DNA of 64,000 nt from Tubiluchus corallicola (taxonomy: Eukaryota; Animalia; Priapulida). Positions 63,607 to 64,000 of the stretch are shown piece by piece; position 1 is the first letter of the stretch, and each line of letters starts with the position of its first letter. Made by a program: the position numbers and the translations under genes. The notes under the pieces were generated by a model. The model worked only from the letters and a program-made list of their open reading frames with translations, was not told where the DNA came from and ran no database searches. The stretch is taken from NCBI GenBank assembly GCA_030141605.1, contig JAQGDQ010000286.1, forward strand, positions 186,001 to 250,000, written 5' to 3'.

Positions 63607-64000
63607 GGATGATGATGATCACTATGACAATGATGATAATGGTAATCGTAGCAATAATGATATTAATAATAACAACAATAATAACAATAATGAAACATTA
63701 ACAACAATAACAATAACAGCAGCTGCAGCAGCGATGACGACGACAACAAGTGAACGTTATCAGAGCTCAATGGTTGTCAAACATTTTTGAATCTCCTTTT
63801 GTTATTACAGTTTCGGTTGTAGCAATCCTATCTATGGAAGCACATGCCACCCTACACATCCTGACAGAACACCAGGAGGTTCTTCAGGTGGCGAAGGTGC
63901 TGTCCTTGCTCTAAGTGCAAGCCCTCTTGGATTGGGAAGTGATTTAGGTGGAAGCATTCGCGTTCCTTGTCATTTTTGTGGTTTGGTTGGGCTTAAACCA
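59713..64000 (+). CDS. FAAH: Fatty-acid amide hydrolase-like amidase-signature protein, 5' part (truncated by the window end)
   Basis: Exons 59713-59838, 60519-60632, 61669-61782, 62456-62512, 62635-62727, 63261-63394, 63811->64000. N-terminal hydrophobic anchor, then [12 protein letters not shown] (catalytic Lys), [22 protein letters not shown] and [11 protein letters not shown] (Ser-Ser of the triad), CGLVGLKP. Confidence 0.92.
60519..60632 (+). CDS. FAAH: FAAH exon 2
   Basis: [19 protein letters not shown]..., phase 0-0; basic helix after the TM segment as in FAAH. Confidence 0.75.
60780..61312 (-). mobile_element. DINE-1/HINE-like repeat in FAAH intron 2
   Basis: Three copies of GATGGGTGAT.TATATGT.AA, TGACCTTTGACC motifs, and a GGAC/AGAC microsatellite-like tract near a TTATACC end. 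Confidence 0.55.
61407..61561. repeat. Pentamer microsatellite with TTATA/TTATG/TTACG/TTACA units
   Basis: Directly visible ordered blocks. Confidence 0.97.
61669..61782 (+). CDS. FAAH: FAAH exon 3
   Basis: [23 protein letters not shown], typical amidase N-terminal segment; phase 0-0. Confidence 0.88.
62456..62512 (+). CDS. FAAH: FAAH exon 4
   Basis: [19 protein letters not shown] with the conserved TNCVT; GTAAGT donor. Confidence 0.88.
62635..62727 (+). CDS. FAAH: FAAH exon 5 (catalytic Lys)
   Basis: [17 protein letters not shown]; AAG acceptor after a pyrimidine tract. Confidence 0.9.
63261..63394 (+). CDS. FAAH: FAAH exon 6
   Basis: GYDSTAG...[15 protein letters not shown]; ends at a GC donor. 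Confidence 0.9.
63575..63748. repeat. Compound trinucleotide low-complexity tract (GAT/AAT/AAC/CAG/GAC)
   Basis: Directly visible; lies inside the FAAH GC-AG intron. Confidence 0.9.
63811..64000 (+). CDS. FAAH: FAAH exon 7 (amidase signature), partial
   Basis: [39 protein letters not shown]. Confidence 0.95.

Overview
AT-rich, intron-rich animal (invertebrate-type) nuclear DNA, with no prokaryotic operons or CRISPR. Three host genes can be reconstructed. (1) A minus-strand SLC4 sodium-coupled bicarbonate transporter: 20 phase-compatible coding exons from ATG 39262 to a probable stop at 553, about 1002 aa. (2) A minus-strand CFAP221/PCDP1 ciliary central-pair gene whose 900-codon CDS has no introns, with an RFX X-box upstream. 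(3) A plus-strand FAAH-type amidase starting at 59713 and running off the window end, with one GC-AG intron. Introns and intergenic DNA are full of mobile DNA: three LINE fragments, hAT-, Kolobok-, pogo/Tigger- and Harbinger-type MITEs, a modular Helentron/HINE-like repeat with a degenerate ~147-bp array, and many microsatellites. The most notable observations are: a TGT...ACA inverted-repeat element with an exact 5-bp target-site duplication (TSD) and a nested LINE with its own 6-bp TSD and an LMDD RT motif; the intronless CFAP221; an SH3-like dead exon inside the SLC4 gene; and a divergent, mixed ion-site signature in the SLC4. All gene models were spliced by eye and no database searches were run. 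I found no clearly new multi-gene system.
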